A DNA stretch of 64,000 bases from NCBI GenBank assembly GCA_963701295.1, contig OY969585.1, positions 1,632,001-1,696,000 of the forward strand, given 5' to 3'. Source of the stretch: Ignavibacteriota bacterium. Its GTDB lineage: Bacteria > Bacteroidota > Ignavibacteria > UBA10030. The translations under genes and the position numbers were made by a program. Positions 1-10,840 of the stretch are shown piece by piece. A model generated the notes under the pieces. The model worked only from the letters and a program-made list of their open reading frames with translations. It was not told the origin of the DNA and made no database searches. How positions within the stretch are numbered: position 1 is the first letter of the stretch; each line of letters opens with the position of its first letter.

Positions 1-2
1 AT

Positions 3-1385
3 AATTTTGCCTCGAGATTTACCACTATTGATACAGGGCGAGGATGTGTTTTTAACTGTGACTTTTGTACTATTATTAATGTTCAAGGTCGGACAATGCG
101 GTATCGGAATCCAAAACAAGTTGTCGATTTTGTGCGGCAAAGTTATCATGAGGCAGGCGTTTCACACTCCTTCTTCACGGATGACAACACAGCGCGAAAT
201 CCTCAATGGCGAGAACTTTTCTCACAACTCATCCACCTGCGAGAAAAAGAAAAGATACCGTTCACATTCATGATGCAGAGCGATCTCGCAGCGCGGAAAA
301 TGCCGGGAGGAGATTTCTTTGAACTCGCAGCGCGGGCAGGTTGCAATCAAGTCTTCTTCGGTGTGGAAAGTGTGAACCGAGAGAATCTCCGTTCCAAAGA
401 TAAGTTTCAGAATCAGGTCTCCGAGTACAAAGATCTCGTTGCTCATTGCCATTCACTCGGTATCTCCTGCCACGCAGGCTATATGCTGGGACTGCCGTTC
501 GATACATTGGCAAGTATCAAACAGGATATTGCGGAACTTCAACGGATGATGTTTGATTCTGCTTCGTTCTACATCCTTGCTCCGCTCCCAGGTTCAAAGG
601 ATCATCAGCGGTGGTGGCGGGAGGGAAGATGGATGAGCGATGATTTCAATACGTACGATTCGGCACATGTCGCGGTAGAGCCGGAACGCATGTCTCGTGA
701 TGAGCTTATGAAAGCTTATTATAACGCGTGGGAACAGTTTTACTCTACCGAGCATATGGTCAACGTTCTTAAGATCTGGAGGCATGACCAATACTATTAT
801 AGAGAGAAACTATCTTTCTTTGCTTGGTACCTCTATTCATCAAGAATTGAACGATTACACCCAATGAACTGCGGATTTTGGACAGTACGGCGCCGAAATG
901 ATCGCCGAGTTGGATTTTCCTGTGAAGCATTTGCTCCGTTTTGGTGGAATCGGTCGAAGGTTCTCGCTTCTCGGCTGTGGGGAATAATAAAACTTTTCTT
1001 CCAGCTCGAAGAAGTGTGGCTTCAGAGTCGATCGAAAAGCAAAATTGAAGATGCTCTGCATGAACTGATCAAGAAGACGGAACGGGGTATCGTAGATTGG
1101 CGAGAGATTAAATTGAAGGAACTCGTATCGTTCTATGCGAAGCTTCACATCGAAATGCCGGAAGTCAAAGTGCCCTCAAGCGTGCGTCTCTGGTTCAGGA
1201 AGCGGAATCCATTCGCTGGTGCATTTACGAGAACCTATGTTCAACATATTTGGCGGCGATGGTATTTGTATCTATGGAATCCATTAAAGTGGGTAGAAGT
1301 GTGGTTGTTCGAATGGGTGAATGGTCTTCGTTTCCTTGGTCACTTGCTTGGTGAGGGAACAGAAAAGAAATTAACCCTATTCTAG
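3..1385 (+). CDS. Radical SAM protein (B12-binding radical SAM-like), 5'-truncated by the window edge
   Basis: The frame is open from nt 3, upstream of the track's ATG at 96, and reads NFASRFTTIDTGRGCVFNCDFC (CxxxCxxC). Typical 'FFTDDN', 'FFGVES', 'GYMLGLP' and 'PLPGS' motifs follow. Confidence 0.85.
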   Translation, partial: NFASRFTTIDTGRGCVFNCDFCTIINVQGRTMRYRNPKQVVDFVRQSYHEAGVSHSFFTDDNTARNPQWRELFSQLIHLREKEKIPFTFMMQSDLAARKMPGGDFFELAARAGCNQVFFGVESVNRENLRSKDKFQNQVSEYKDLVAHCHSLGISCHAGYMLGLPFDTLASIKQDIAELQRMMFDSASFYILAPLPGSKDHQRWWREGRWMSDDFNTYDSAHVAVEPERMSRDELMKAYYNAWEQFYSTEHMVNVLKIWRHDQYYYREKLSFFAWYLYSSRIERLHPMNCGFWTVRRRNDRRVGFSCEAFAPFWWNRSKVLASRLWGIIKLFFQLEEVWLQSRSKSKIEDALHELIKKTERGIVDWREIKLKELVSFYAKLHIEMPEVKVPSSVRLWFRKRNPFAGAFTRTYVQHIWRRWYLYLWNPLKWVEVWLFEWVNGLRFLGHLLGEGTEKKLTLF

Positions 1386-1628
1386 AACTTCCTTTGAGTA
1401 TACCGATGATGGTAACAATAGATTTTTTCTGTGAGGATTCACTGTCACGTGCGGATAGTTATAATAAAGATGCAGCAGGAACTTGATATCTCGTTTAATT
1501 TGCTTACTTAACCTAGCTTGAGCGAACCCGGTTCTATCGCATTCGTCTTTATTATTCCATCGTCCATACTTGAATGAATCAGAAAAGAATTCTATTTTTA
1601 GAAAACTAAGAAAAACAATGAACATCAT

Positions 1629-2999
1629 TTGAAAAAACCGCTTCTCGTTTTCTTCCTCGCCATCGTCTCTGTTATAGGATCTGTCTGGATTCTCAAATCG
1701 AACGGATTTTATTATATCGATGAGAGCGCACATTATCTCTATAGCAGGTTTGTTTTTCAGGCACTGCCTGTGACAGTGCAGACTTGGCACAGACCGATAC
1801 CGCAATGGCTTTTTGCTCTGCCGGCACAACTTGGGCATTCGTTTACAATGTTCTTTGCACTGTCGCTCTTGATCTGTCTTCTGTTGGTCACCTACCGGAT
1901 TGCGAAATTGAAAGGGATACAACATGCGGAATGGGTTGTCATACTCGTTGGGCTTCAACCGGTTCTCTTCGATGTTTCGTATGCGTGCATGACAGAACTG
2001 CCGACTGCTTTTCTGATCACACTTTCGTACTGGTATTACCTGAAGGAAAAGCACGGATGGAGTCTGGCGATTGCTTCGGCAGTGATATTGTGCCGAAGTG
2101 AAATGTATATATTTGCCGGATTAATGTTCTTCGTTTTTGTTTGGAAACGCGAGTGGAAGATACTTCCTCTCGTGTTGTTGGGACCTTTGCTCTGGATTGG
2201 ATCGACGACAATCATCTCAGGTGATGTCATGACGTTTTTCAGGGAATGGTCAAAATTTTCGAGTCTGAGTAAGTTTATCCCTGGCGTCTCGGTGACGCAC
2301 TATGTTGAAAATCTGCATACAACTTTCGGATTTGCACAGGTGGCTTTTTTTGTTGCAGGCACCGCGTTTATTGTCAGGGCAAAGAAAGGTGCTGACTTTG
2401 GAATTTTGTTTGGTACGATAGCGATTACACTCATCATTCATACACTTGCCGGAGCAGAGATATTTCACTGGACGGGTAGCATCGGTGAGTTGCGGTACAT
2501 CGCAGTCGTAGGGCCGTTCTTCGGAATTATTTCCGTCTATGGCCTATCGGAGATTTTGGATAGAGTAAATCGGTCGGGAGTGCGGCTGGTTTTTTCCATC
2601 CTCGTTTTAAGTGTCGTAGTGTTCAATTGCACATTGACAACTCATCCAAGGCGTTGGCCAAACTATGACCTGGTTATGATCAATATGACGAAAGCGTTGA
2701 GGACTGAATATCCGAATCTGACATTGTTGAGTAACAACTCTGTTCCAGCATATATCATGGATGTGGCGCCAACGGGAGGGCCGCATTTTGCGCCATTCAA
2801 CAAGAAGACGCTCGAGGAGTATCCAGAATGTCTCATTCTATGGGATCCATTCTCGTCGAATTCTATTTTCACTCAAACCGAATTGACGAAGACGGAGATG
2901 TTGCAAGATACAACTATAAAAGTATTGGAAAAATATAACTATTGGAGTGCAGAGTATTTTGTGCTGTATAGGAATAAGAAGATGGTGACAGTTAGATAG
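1629..2999 (+). CDS. Polytopic membrane glycosyltransferase, GT-C fold (PMT/ArnT-like)
   Basis: N-terminal TM helix followed by an acidic 'YIDE' loop, many hydrophobic helices, and 'MTELP', 'CRSE' and 'LRY' motifs. TTG start. Confidence 0.65.
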   Translation: MKKPLLVFFLAIVSVIGSVWILKSNGFYYIDESAHYLYSRFVFQALPVTVQTWHRPIPQWLFALPAQLGHSFTMFFALSLLICLLLVTYRIAKLKGIQHAEWVVILVGLQPVLFDVSYACMTELPTAFLITLSYWYYLKEKHGWSLAIASAVILCRSEMYIFAGLMFFVFVWKREWKILPLVLLGPLLWIGSTTIISGDVMTFFREWSKFSSLSKFIPGVSVTHYVENLHTTFGFAQVAFFVAGTAFIVRAKKGADFGILFGTIAITLIIHTLAGAEIFHWTGSIGELRYIAVVGPFFGIISVYGLSEILDRVNRSGVRLVFSILVLSVVVFNCTLTTHPRRWPNYDLVMINMTKALRTEYPNLTLLSNNSVPAYIMDVAPTGGPHFAPFNKKTLEEYPECLILWDPFSSNSIFTQTELTKTEMLQDTTIKVLEKYNYWSAEYFVLYRNKKMVTVR

Positions 3000-3429
3000 T
3001 GTTTATGCTGTTAGAATTACATAAATAAAGGACATTAGCGGAAAAACAAAAAAAGCAGCTACAATTTTTAACACATGCGCCTTTTAGTGTCGCAGAGGAA
3101 TGCTCTTCCTACAGTCGCAATCATAATATTCATGGTTTTTGAGATGATTTTTTAGATTAGCTCAAATTATTTCTTTCCTCATCTCGAATTATTCAACCTC
3201 TTTTCTTTTTTTCGTAAAATGAAATATGCGTATCTTTCTTTTCAAAGAATCACCAAGATGCTGTTTATTATTTGCGGTTCATTGTACATCCTTGCATATT
3301 TAACTTTTATGCATATAGCTTCAAGACTTGAACAGATGGAAATATAGCACTACAATATCAACGCAAAATAATTATTCAATTTAAGTATTGAAGAATAGAC
3401 ATGGGAATATTTCAACGGAGCAGTGTTCA

Positions 3430-4263
3430 ATGAACTTACAGGAAATAACGAAGGCATATGATTTTTCAGGTAGAACTGCCGCAATTACAGGCGGTGGCGG
3501 TGTGCTTTGCGGCGAAATGGCTAGAGCTCTTGCAGGGTGCAATGCGAATGTCGTCCTTCTCGATCGTGATGTAGCGCTTGGCGAAAAAGTGTTTCAAACA
3601 TTAAAGGACACAAAAGGAAAACACAAAGTCATCTTTATAGATGTTCTCGATAAGGCCAGAGTGCAGGAAGCAGCCGATAAATTATTTGCCGAATACGGAC
3701 GCATCGATATTCTTATCAACGGTGCAGGTGGAAACAATCCGAAAGCGACAACGAACACCGAACAATCGTTCTTCGACATTCCGGCTGAAGCATTGCAGTT
3801 TGTTTCCAATTTGAATCTGATCGGAACAATTCTGCCAAGTCAGATTTTCGGGAAGAAGATGGTGGAGCAGAAGGAAGGAATTATTCTGAATGTTTCTTCG
3901 ATGAATGCATTTCGTCCGCTGACACATATTCCGGCTTACTCGGCAGCAAAAGCAGCAATTAGTAACTTTACACAATGGCTCGCTGTCCATATGGCGCAGG
4001 AATATACACCAAACATTCGTGTGAATGCAATTGCTCCGGGTTTCTTCTTGACAGATCAAAATCGATTTCTCTTAACCGACAAAGCAACGGGCGAATTAAC
4101 TGCCCGTGGCAAGAAAATTTTGGATCATACACCGGCTGGACGTTTTGGTACACCGGATGATTTACTTGGTGCAATGCTCTGGTTATTGTCGCCCGCATCG
4201 AAGTTCGTCACCGGTATTGTTCTTCCAATTGATGGCGGCTTCTCGGCATATTCAGGCGTGTAA
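3430..4263 (+). CDS. uxuB: SDR oxidoreductase, D-mannonate oxidoreductase/fructuronate reductase-like
   Basis: TGGGGVL, INGAGGN, SSMNAFRPLT and YSAAK motifs; C-terminal DGGFSAYSGV; adjacent to kdgK. The ATG at 3430 is preferred over the TTG at 3388. Confidence 0.75.
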   Translation: MNLQEITKAYDFSGRTAAITGGGGVLCGEMARALAGCNANVVLLDRDVALGEKVFQTLKDTKGKHKVIFIDVLDKARVQEAADKLFAEYGRIDILINGAGGNNPKATTNTEQSFFDIPAEALQFVSNLNLIGTILPSQIFGKKMVEQKEGIILNVSSMNAFRPLTHIPAYSAAKAAISNFTQWLAVHMAQEYTPNIRVNAIAPGFFLTDQNRFLLTDKATGELTARGKKILDHTPAGRFGTPDDLLGAMLWLLSPASKFVTGIVLPIDGGFSAYSGV

Positions 4264-4307
4264 GTAATGGGAACAATCATATTTTAAGAGAGATAAAGGA
4301 GTAAATA

Positions 4308-5387
4308 ATGGGTGCTTTGAATATAAAAAAGGATGGTGCATTGGATTTGGTATCGGTTGGTGCGTTGGTGAATCGTCTCGATCCCGGCATCATCCCTTTC
4401 AAAAAGGCACAGGAGTGTCAAATTCATGTGAGCGGCGGTGAATTTAACGTGGCGGCAAACTTGTCTGATTGTTTTGGTATGAATACAGGTATTGCGACGG
4501 CAATGGTCGACTACCCAATCGGTGATTTGATCAATGAGCGCGTTCGCGCGATGGGAGTGAAACCGTTCTATAAAAGATTTAAGCACAATGGTGTAAACGG
4601 CCCAAACATGGCAACGGTGTACAGTGATCGTGGACAAGGCGTTCGTCCTCCAGTGGTGTTCTACAATCGTGCAAATGAAGCCGGTGCCTTGTTGAAACCA
4701 GGTGATTTCGATTGGAACACGATCTTTGCAGGCGGTGTGCGTTGGTTCCATAGTGGTGGAATCTTTGCAGCGCTTTCAGAAACCACAGGCGAAGTGATCA
4801 TCGAAGGAATGAAAGCAGCAAAGAATGCCGGAGCGATTGTCAGTTTTGATCTGAATTTTCGTGCAAAGTTATGGAACATTTGGGGCGGAGAAAAGAAGGC
4901 GATGGAAATCATTGCACGTATCGTTGAGAATGTTGATGTGTTGGTTGGCAATGAGGAAGACTTGCAAAAGGGCTTGGGAATTCATGGTCAAGATGTGGAG
5001 TCAAAATCGAAACTTGATCCGACCGCTTTCTTTGAGATGATTGATAAAGTTGTAAAAAAACATCCACATGTAAAAGCAGTAGCAACAACGTTACGTGAAG
5101 TCCATTCAACAAATCACCATACATGGGGTGCTGTTGCGTGGGTTGATGGCAAGACGTACATCTCGCCTACCTGTGAGCTGGCAGTGGTCGATCGTATCGG
5201 CGGGGGTGACGGATATGCATCTGGATTCTTTTACGGCCTGTTATCTGGTGAAACACCGGAAGAAGCTGTAAAGCTTGGTTGGGCGCATGGTGCATTGCTT
5301 ACCACAACACCAGGTGACACATCTATGGTGACGGTAGAGCAAGTACGTGAATTTGCTCAAGGTGGGTCGGCGCGCATCCAGCGATGA
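4308..5387 (+). CDS. kdgK: 2-keto-3-deoxygluconate kinase (PfkB family)
   Basis: SGGEFNVA, SFDLNFRAKLW, GNEED and DRIGGGDG PfkB signatures; C-terminal 'RIQR'; AGGAG RBS. Confidence 0.85.
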   Translation: MGALNIKKDGALDLVSVGALVNRLDPGIIPFKKAQECQIHVSGGEFNVAANLSDCFGMNTGIATAMVDYPIGDLINERVRAMGVKPFYKRFKHNGVNGPNMATVYSDRGQGVRPPVVFYNRANEAGALLKPGDFDWNTIFAGGVRWFHSGGIFAALSETTGEVIIEGMKAAKNAGAIVSFDLNFRAKLWNIWGGEKKAMEIIARIVENVDVLVGNEEDLQKGLGIHGQDVESKSKLDPTAFFEMIDKVVKKHPHVKAVATTLREVHSTNHHTWGAVAWVDGKTYISPTCELAVVDRIGGGDGYASGFFYGLLSGETPEEAVKLGWAHGALLTTTPGDTSMVTVEQVREFAQGGSARIQR

Positions 5388-5657
5388 CCACAATCCTGAG
5401 CGAAGTCGAAGGATGCGGTGTGGTCGAACGAATCATTCTGCCGTTTCGATTTTGCTTGAATGGTTACTTCAACGATGCTTAGCAACCTGTGCAAACCGCA
5501 CCTCCTTCTTAACTATCTTTTCAAAAACAGGTTCCACTCGCTGGAAAAGATCTCTTTGTATTATGGTGGATTTATCCGCCATAGAAATAGGCAATCACTT
5601 TTCAATTGGAGTTTGAAAATAAGTTATCATATTGGCTGAGAAAGACACATAATTTCC

Positions 5658-6353
5658 TCATTCCCATCCTTCTTTTGCTAATTCCGAGTGCAACTCGTTG
5701 GGATGTTGCCTACAGTAATACTCGATCTTGCTTGAATCCTCGTGTGCTTTATCATACGTCCATCCTTTTGCCATCAAATTCCGTTCGTGGAGTTCGTGAA
5801 GAAGAACATAAGGGCGCTCTTCCTCTTCGAGATCATTATCGATCCATACTTCATTCTGAGGCACAAACTCATAGACATAGTCATGCCCGCCTTCTGTAAA
5901 ATCAACATCGAACACACTTCTCACTAACCTGCCGTCGATGATCCACACACTGATCCCATTTTCTAATTTCTTCCAGAGCCGCACATGCACTTTTTTCGGA
6001 TCGGGAAGATTGCCTCCCATTGTCAGCTTTTCCACATCGCCCGCTTTCTTTCGTTCTGCCATCTCTTGTTTGTCGGCAGCTTCAAGCGCATCGTCATAAG
6101 GAACACCCTTCTCCATCAACCGATGTTCGACCAACAAATGGTCAATAAAGAAGCTCTGTTCATCCTCCTGTGCTTCCTTATCAAGCCAAAACTCATCTTT
6201 TGGGATGCATTTGAAACCGTAATGCTGGCCGTAGTTTGTAAACTCTTCGTCGATATGCGTTCTCACATATGTGCCGTCGACTACCCAGATAGAGATCTTT
6301 CCGCGCTGCCCAATCTTTTTGATGTACGGCGGCTTAATAAGTGGAGTTTTCAT
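5658..6353 (-). CDS. Hypothetical protein made of two tandem homologous domains; the second has an HExxE...YxxAH motif
   Basis: The ATG at 6353 has an AAGGA RBS, so the track's extension to 6605 looks spurious. Internal repeat: ISIWVVDG...IPKDEFWLD versus ISVWIIDG...VPQNEVWID. Confidence 0.7.
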   Translation of the reverse strand: MKTPLIKPPYIKKIGQRGKISIWVVDGTYVRTHIDEEFTNYGQHYGFKCIPKDEFWLDKEAQEDEQSFFIDHLLVEHRLMEKGVPYDDALEAADKQEMAERKKAGDVEKLTMGGNLPDPKKVHVRLWKKLENGISVWIIDGRLVRSVFDVDFTEGGHDYVYEFVPQNEVWIDNDLEEEERPYVLLHELHERNLMAKGWTYDKAHEDSSKIEYYCRQHPNELHSELAKEGWE

Positions 6354-6961
6354 ATTCTGTCCTTTTGGAGTAATCTCCTGTTGTTGTGTGCTACTTCCAT
6401 AGCACTTTCCTGAGCCGTAAAGATATGGTCGATTGATCAAAGCCATCATCAAGAGACTTGCGACAAAAAATCTACGACCTCTCAATTGTTGTCTAATTTT
6501 CTTTGATATCCTCATTCCAGGATTAAAACCCATATAATTGTTTAGACATCCCCCATCGCTTGTCTGCGTTTCACACACCGCCATTGAGTAGTGAGTCTTC
6601 CTCATCGCATGAAAAGAAAATACATTTTTTTCTCTATTCGCACAATCGGATATCTATTTTAGTTCGGTTATGTGCATCTGTCGTCTTTTATCGGATAAGC
6701 AGGTATCCAGATCTTGGGTTTCTTTTGTGGATTCCCGATTCCAACGTTCCCGTTTGCTGCTTTGTTTTGGTATGCAGGTGTGAATGACTATTGTGAATAA
6801 TGATACTTTCAGGAGAATATCTTCCAGCAGTCTAGGAATTTGCAGCCTGAATATTCGGCAATGAAACTTATTGGAAATAAAAATGGTTATATGATAAAAT
6901 AGAAAAATATCTGAATTCTACGGTGTTTAATAATTTCACAGCCACTTAAAAAGGAGACCAC

Positions 6962-7507
6962 ATGAAGAAAAATATTTTTATTCTCTGCTTCGCCTGCATC
7001 CTTACCAATGCATCGTTCCTGACCGCTCAAGACGAACATACGGTTCATCAGAAATCAATCGTCAACAGGGCGGTTGCCCTGATAATTCCGACGAAAGGAA
7101 ATTCAATTCACGGAGTCGTGACATTTGAGAAGACAGAAAAAGGAGTTCGTGTTATTGCAAATCTAACAGGATTGACGCCGGGAAAACATGGGTTTCATAT
7201 CCATGAATTTGGTGATATTACATCCGACGATGGGAGTTCGGCAGGCGGGCACTACAACCCAATGAACATGCCTCACAGTATGCCGACAAGCGAGAAACGT
7301 CATGCAGGCGACATGGGGAACATCGAGGCAGATGAAAATGGAAACGCACATCTCGACTATATCGATTTGGTCATGGAACTCGATGGCAACTATTCGATTG
7401 TTGGTCATGCTGTTATTGTCCATGAGAAAGAGGATGATCTTAAAACACAGCCAACAGGAAATGCAGGTCCAAGAATCGGGTACGGGGTAATCGGATTTGC
7501 GAAATGA
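6962..7507 (+). CDS. sodC: Periplasmic Cu/Zn superoxide dismutase
   Basis: Signal peptide; HGFHIH, GGHYNP, RHAGDMGN, IVHEKEDD and GNAGPR motifs. Confidence 0.93.
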   Translation: MKKNIFILCFACILTNASFLTAQDEHTVHQKSIVNRAVALIIPTKGNSIHGVVTFEKTEKGVRVIANLTGLTPGKHGFHIHEFGDITSDDGSSAGGHYNPMNMPHSMPTSEKRHAGDMGNIEADENGNAHLDYIDLVMELDGNYSIVGHAVIVHEKEDDLKTQPTGNAGPRIGYGVIGFAK

Positions 7508-7521
7508 AAGAATAAAATCAA

Positions 7522-7810
7522 ATGCCAATCACAGATAATGGACTCCATATCACTCGTGTCTTCAATGTGCCATGCAAATCAGTGTGGAAAGCCTGGACCG
7601 AGCCAGTACATTTCATGCGCTGGTGGGGACCCAAAAACTTCACGTCGCCTGTATGCACAATCGATTTCCGCGTCGGAGGAAAGTATCACAACTGCATGCG
7701 CTCGCCTGAAGGCAGGGATTGAGGATCACGATATGATGTTCAAGTCAGGAATGGAGGAAGGGTCATCCGAGTCCATGGATTGCCTTGCTGAACTTCTGGC
7801 GAAAATCTAA
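7522..7810 (+). pseudogene. SRPBCC/AHSA1-family gene with an internal deletion and frameshift
   Basis: The N-terminus (ITRVFN..VWKAWTEP..WWGP..DFRVGGKY..CMRSPEG) stops at 7722. The family's C-terminal helix (SGMEEGSSESMDCLAELL) follows immediately in another frame and the middle is missing. Confidence 0.7.
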
Positions 7811-8007
7811 AATGTGGTCTAGGTCATTGACATCGGTCTCTTTTGTACCTCGTCCAACGGTCGCACTTAAAAAAAATCAATTTCGTTTACTCCTCGCAAT
7901 GGCGATTTCTCTTGAACTTCACAAATCCGCTTGTTTTAAATCTGAAATATGACTACAATCCTACCCACAATGTTGAATACCATTCTCCAAAATTACAAGG
8001 TGACAGC

Positions 8008-10524
8008 ATGAAAATCTTCTCGTTTCTTTTTGTTTTTTTAACATTTCTCGTGGCTCTTCCATTGGTAGCTCAGCCGGTTTCATCCGATAAAAAGATTGAC
8101 GACCTCATAGGAAAGATGACACTCGAGGAAAAAATAGATTTCATCGGAGGATATCAGGATTTTCACATTCGTGCTATTCCGAGATTGGGAATCCCACAAA
8201 CTAATATGGCTGACGGTCCTGTTGGTGTACGGAATTACGGTCCTTCTACTGCCTATCCAGCGACCATAAATCTTGCTGCTTCATGGGATACGCTGCTCGC
8301 CCATCGAGTCGGAAATGCGATGGGGAAAGAATCGCGGGCCCGGAATAACCACATCATGCTCTGTCCGGCAATGAATATCCATCGCGCGCCGATGAACGGG
8401 CGTAACTTCGAATACCTCGGTGAAGATCCTTACCTTGCCGGCAGGATTGCTTCAAATTACATCCAAGGTATGCAGCAGGAAGGTGTTATGGCGACCGCCA
8501 AGCACTATATGGCAAATTATCAGGAATATGACCGTCACCATATTTCATCCGACATGGATGAACGGACAATGCGCGAAATTTATCTTCCTGCATTTCAAAC
8601 TTCGGTCACCGAGGGACATACCGCAGCGGTCATGACTTCGTACAATCTCATAAACGGTACTTACGCATCACAAAACGATTATTTAATCAACAAAATTCTC
8701 AAAGACGAATGGAAGTTTGAGGGAATTGTTATGTCCGACTGGACTTCGACTTATAACGGTGTTGCTGCCGCGAACGCCGGACTCGACCTGGAAATGCCTT
8801 CGGCAATAGCAATGTGCCACGATACGCTCTTCCCTGCCATCAAGGATGGACGGGTATCGGAAAAAACCATTGATGATAAGATCCGGCGAATACTTCGAAA
8901 CTACGAACGGTTCGGGTATTTTGAAAATCCGGATATCAGCAAGGGATATGTCTTAGACTCTGCCGGCGTGCGTGCGACAGCACTTGATGATGCGCGAGGC
9001 GGTATAGTATTATTGAAGAATGAGCAAAGTATTCTTCCGATACAATCAAATTTAATAAAACGCATTGCTCTCATTGGTCCGAATGCTGATCCTGCGGTTA
9101 CTGGAGGCGGAGGAAGCGCACTTGTTCAGCCGCTCCATCCCCTTTCGCTCTACGAAGCATTACAGCGTATTGCACCGAAAGGCGTCAGCGTCACTTTCGA
9201 ATCCGGTATCTACGAAACAGAATTTCTTCCATCGGAATTCTATGCTCAGAGTAAATTCTATACCAAGACCGGCGGGAAGAAAGTTCCCGGCTTGAACATA
9301 GAGTACTTTGCTAAACGCCGGCCCGAAGGAATACCGGATCATGAACAGTATGCTGATAACAGCAATCTCGTGCTCAATAATATTCCATCTGGAATTACAA
9401 AGGATTTCTTTTCAGCAAAATGTTCTGGACTTCTTCAAGTTGAGGAATCCGGAAAATATCGGTTTGTTGTTTCAGCAGATGTAGGTTTTAGACTTCTTGT
9501 CAATGATTCAGACGTTGCGGGCTCATGGGGAAATGTAAAAGAAGCGGTACATTCTGCGACAATTCAACTGGAGGCAGGAAAAGAATATAAAATCACTGTG
9601 CTCGCATGGCCGCGCCACGCCAATGGAATTGTCCGGCTGGGATACGAAACAGAAAAATCAGCAAAACAAAAAGCCGCGGCAAAATATCAGCAAGTACGCC
9701 AGCTTGCTGAGCAGAGCGATCTCGTTATTCTCTCAGTTGGATTCAATAATGAGATAGAGAGGGAAGACGCAGACCGATCATTTGTGCTGCCGGTACAGCA
9801 GCAAGAGTTAATTCAGGAATTACTGAAAGCAAAAAAGGATGTTATTATCGTTCTGAACGCTGGCGGCAACGTTGATATGAACCAATGGCTCCCGCAAACG
9901 AAAGCGCTCATCCATGCCTGGTATCCCGGACAGGAAGGGAACATCGCTGTTGCTGAAATTCTTTTTGGAAAAACTAATCCTTCCGGAAAACTTCCGGTAA
10001 GTTTTGAGAAACGCTGGGAAGACAACGCAACGTATAAAAGTTACTATGATGACGACGGCGATAAACATGTAAAATTCACTGAAGGAGTTTTTCTCGGGTA
10101 CAGGCATTTCGATAAGGACAATATCGAACCGCAATTCCCCTTCGGGTTCGGACTTTCGTACACAACATTCGAATATAGCAATCTGCGCACGTATAAAGAT
10201 CAATTTAGGACAACCGATCCTGTGGAAATCAAACTCACGGTAAAAAACACTGGAAAGGTGGATGGCGCAGAGATTGTAGAACTTTACGTGAATGATCCTG
10301 TCGCTTCTCTGCCGAGGCCTCCCAAAGAACTCAAGGCGTTTTCAAAAGTTCAACTCAAAGCCGGAGAAAGCAAAGAAATAAAATTTACTTTGAATGAAAA
10401 TGCGTTTCACTTTTACAACCCGGAGAAGAAACAGTGGGTCGTAGAACCCGGCGAGTTCAATATTCTCATCGGAAGTTCCTCAAAGGATATACGGTTAAAA
10501 AAGAAAATTATAATTCTTGAATAG
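8008..10524 (+). CDS. GH3 beta-glucosidase with PA14 insertion and FN3-like C-terminus, secreted
   Basis: Signal peptide from ATG 8008; ADGPVGVR, GRNFEYLGEDP, AKHY, VMSDW and FPFGFGLSYT motifs. Confidence 0.92.
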   Translation: MKIFSFLFVFLTFLVALPLVAQPVSSDKKIDDLIGKMTLEEKIDFIGGYQDFHIRAIPRLGIPQTNMADGPVGVRNYGPSTAYPATINLAASWDTLLAHRVGNAMGKESRARNNHIMLCPAMNIHRAPMNGRNFEYLGEDPYLAGRIASNYIQGMQQEGVMATAKHYMANYQEYDRHHISSDMDERTMREIYLPAFQTSVTEGHTAAVMTSYNLINGTYASQNDYLINKILKDEWKFEGIVMSDWTSTYNGVAAANAGLDLEMPSAIAMCHDTLFPAIKDGRVSEKTIDDKIRRILRNYERFGYFENPDISKGYVLDSAGVRATALDDARGGIVLLKNEQSILPIQSNLIKRIALIGPNADPAVTGGGGSALVQPLHPLSLYEALQRIAPKGVSVTFESGIYETEFLPSEFYAQSKFYTKTGGKKVPGLNIEYFAKRRPEGIPDHEQYADNSNLVLNNIPSGITKDFFSAKCSGLLQVEESGKYRFVVSADVGFRLLVNDSDVAGSWGNVKEAVHSATIQLEAGKEYKITVLAWPRHANGIVRLGYETEKSAKQKAAAKYQQVRQLAEQSDLVILSVGFNNEIEREDADRSFVLPVQQQELIQELLKAKKDVIIVLNAGGNVDMNQWLPQTKALIHAWYPGQEGNIAVAEILFGKTNPSGKLPVSFEKRWEDNATYKSYYDDDGDKHVKFTEGVFLGYRHFDKDNIEPQFPFGFGLSYTTFEYSNLRTYKDQFRTTDPVEIKLTVKNTGKVDGAEIVELYVNDPVASLPRPPKELKAFSKVQLKAGESKEIKFTLNENAFHFYNPEKKQWVVEPGEFNILIGSSSKDIRLKKKIIILE

Positions 10525-10547
10525 CAGTCTCCAATAGTTCTTCTGAT

Positions 10548-10578
10548 AAAAAGCCTCAGCAAACGTCTGAGGCTTTTT
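10548..10578 (+). terminator. Intrinsic terminator after GH3 gene
   Basis: AAAAAGCCTCAG-caaacgt-CTGAGGCTTTTT hairpin with T-tract. Confidence 0.8.
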
Positions 10579-10714
10579 GTTTATTCAACGGAATTTGAGA
10601 GGGATGGCTAGTGCGGCGGATTTCCATCATCGTAGGGAGTATGGCTCGAGACTATCTTCTTCCTCACATCCAGCCGGCCGACTACATATACAATGAACAC
10701 ACCGACTTTTTCCT

Positions 10715-10840
10715 GTCATTACGAGTCCCGCACAAGCGGGATGAAGTAATCTGCACACTTGGACTTTCCTTTGGTAATTCCTCTTTTGCAGATTGCTGCG
10801 TTTCCCCATCAACTTCGTTGTTTAGGATTCTCGCGATGAC
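10715..10840. repeat. Nested palindromic REP/MITE-like element, copy 1 (degenerate)
   Basis: GTCATTACGAG...GAAGTAATCTGCA...TGCAGATTGC...CTCGCGATGAC, with the same core as the copies at 48256 and 53102. Confidence 0.65.

Noticed and set aside
1377-2054. 225 aa minus-strand ORF and similar antisense ORFs (e.g. 16332..16772, 28975..29535, 46129..46719, 52565..53053)
   Set aside because: They are shadows of well-supported genes on the opposite strand and have no recognisable motifs.
5395-5414. TCCTGAGCGAAGTCGAAGGA REP-like half-site after kdgK
   Set aside because: It is a single short copy in this window, so it cannot be established as a repeat here.
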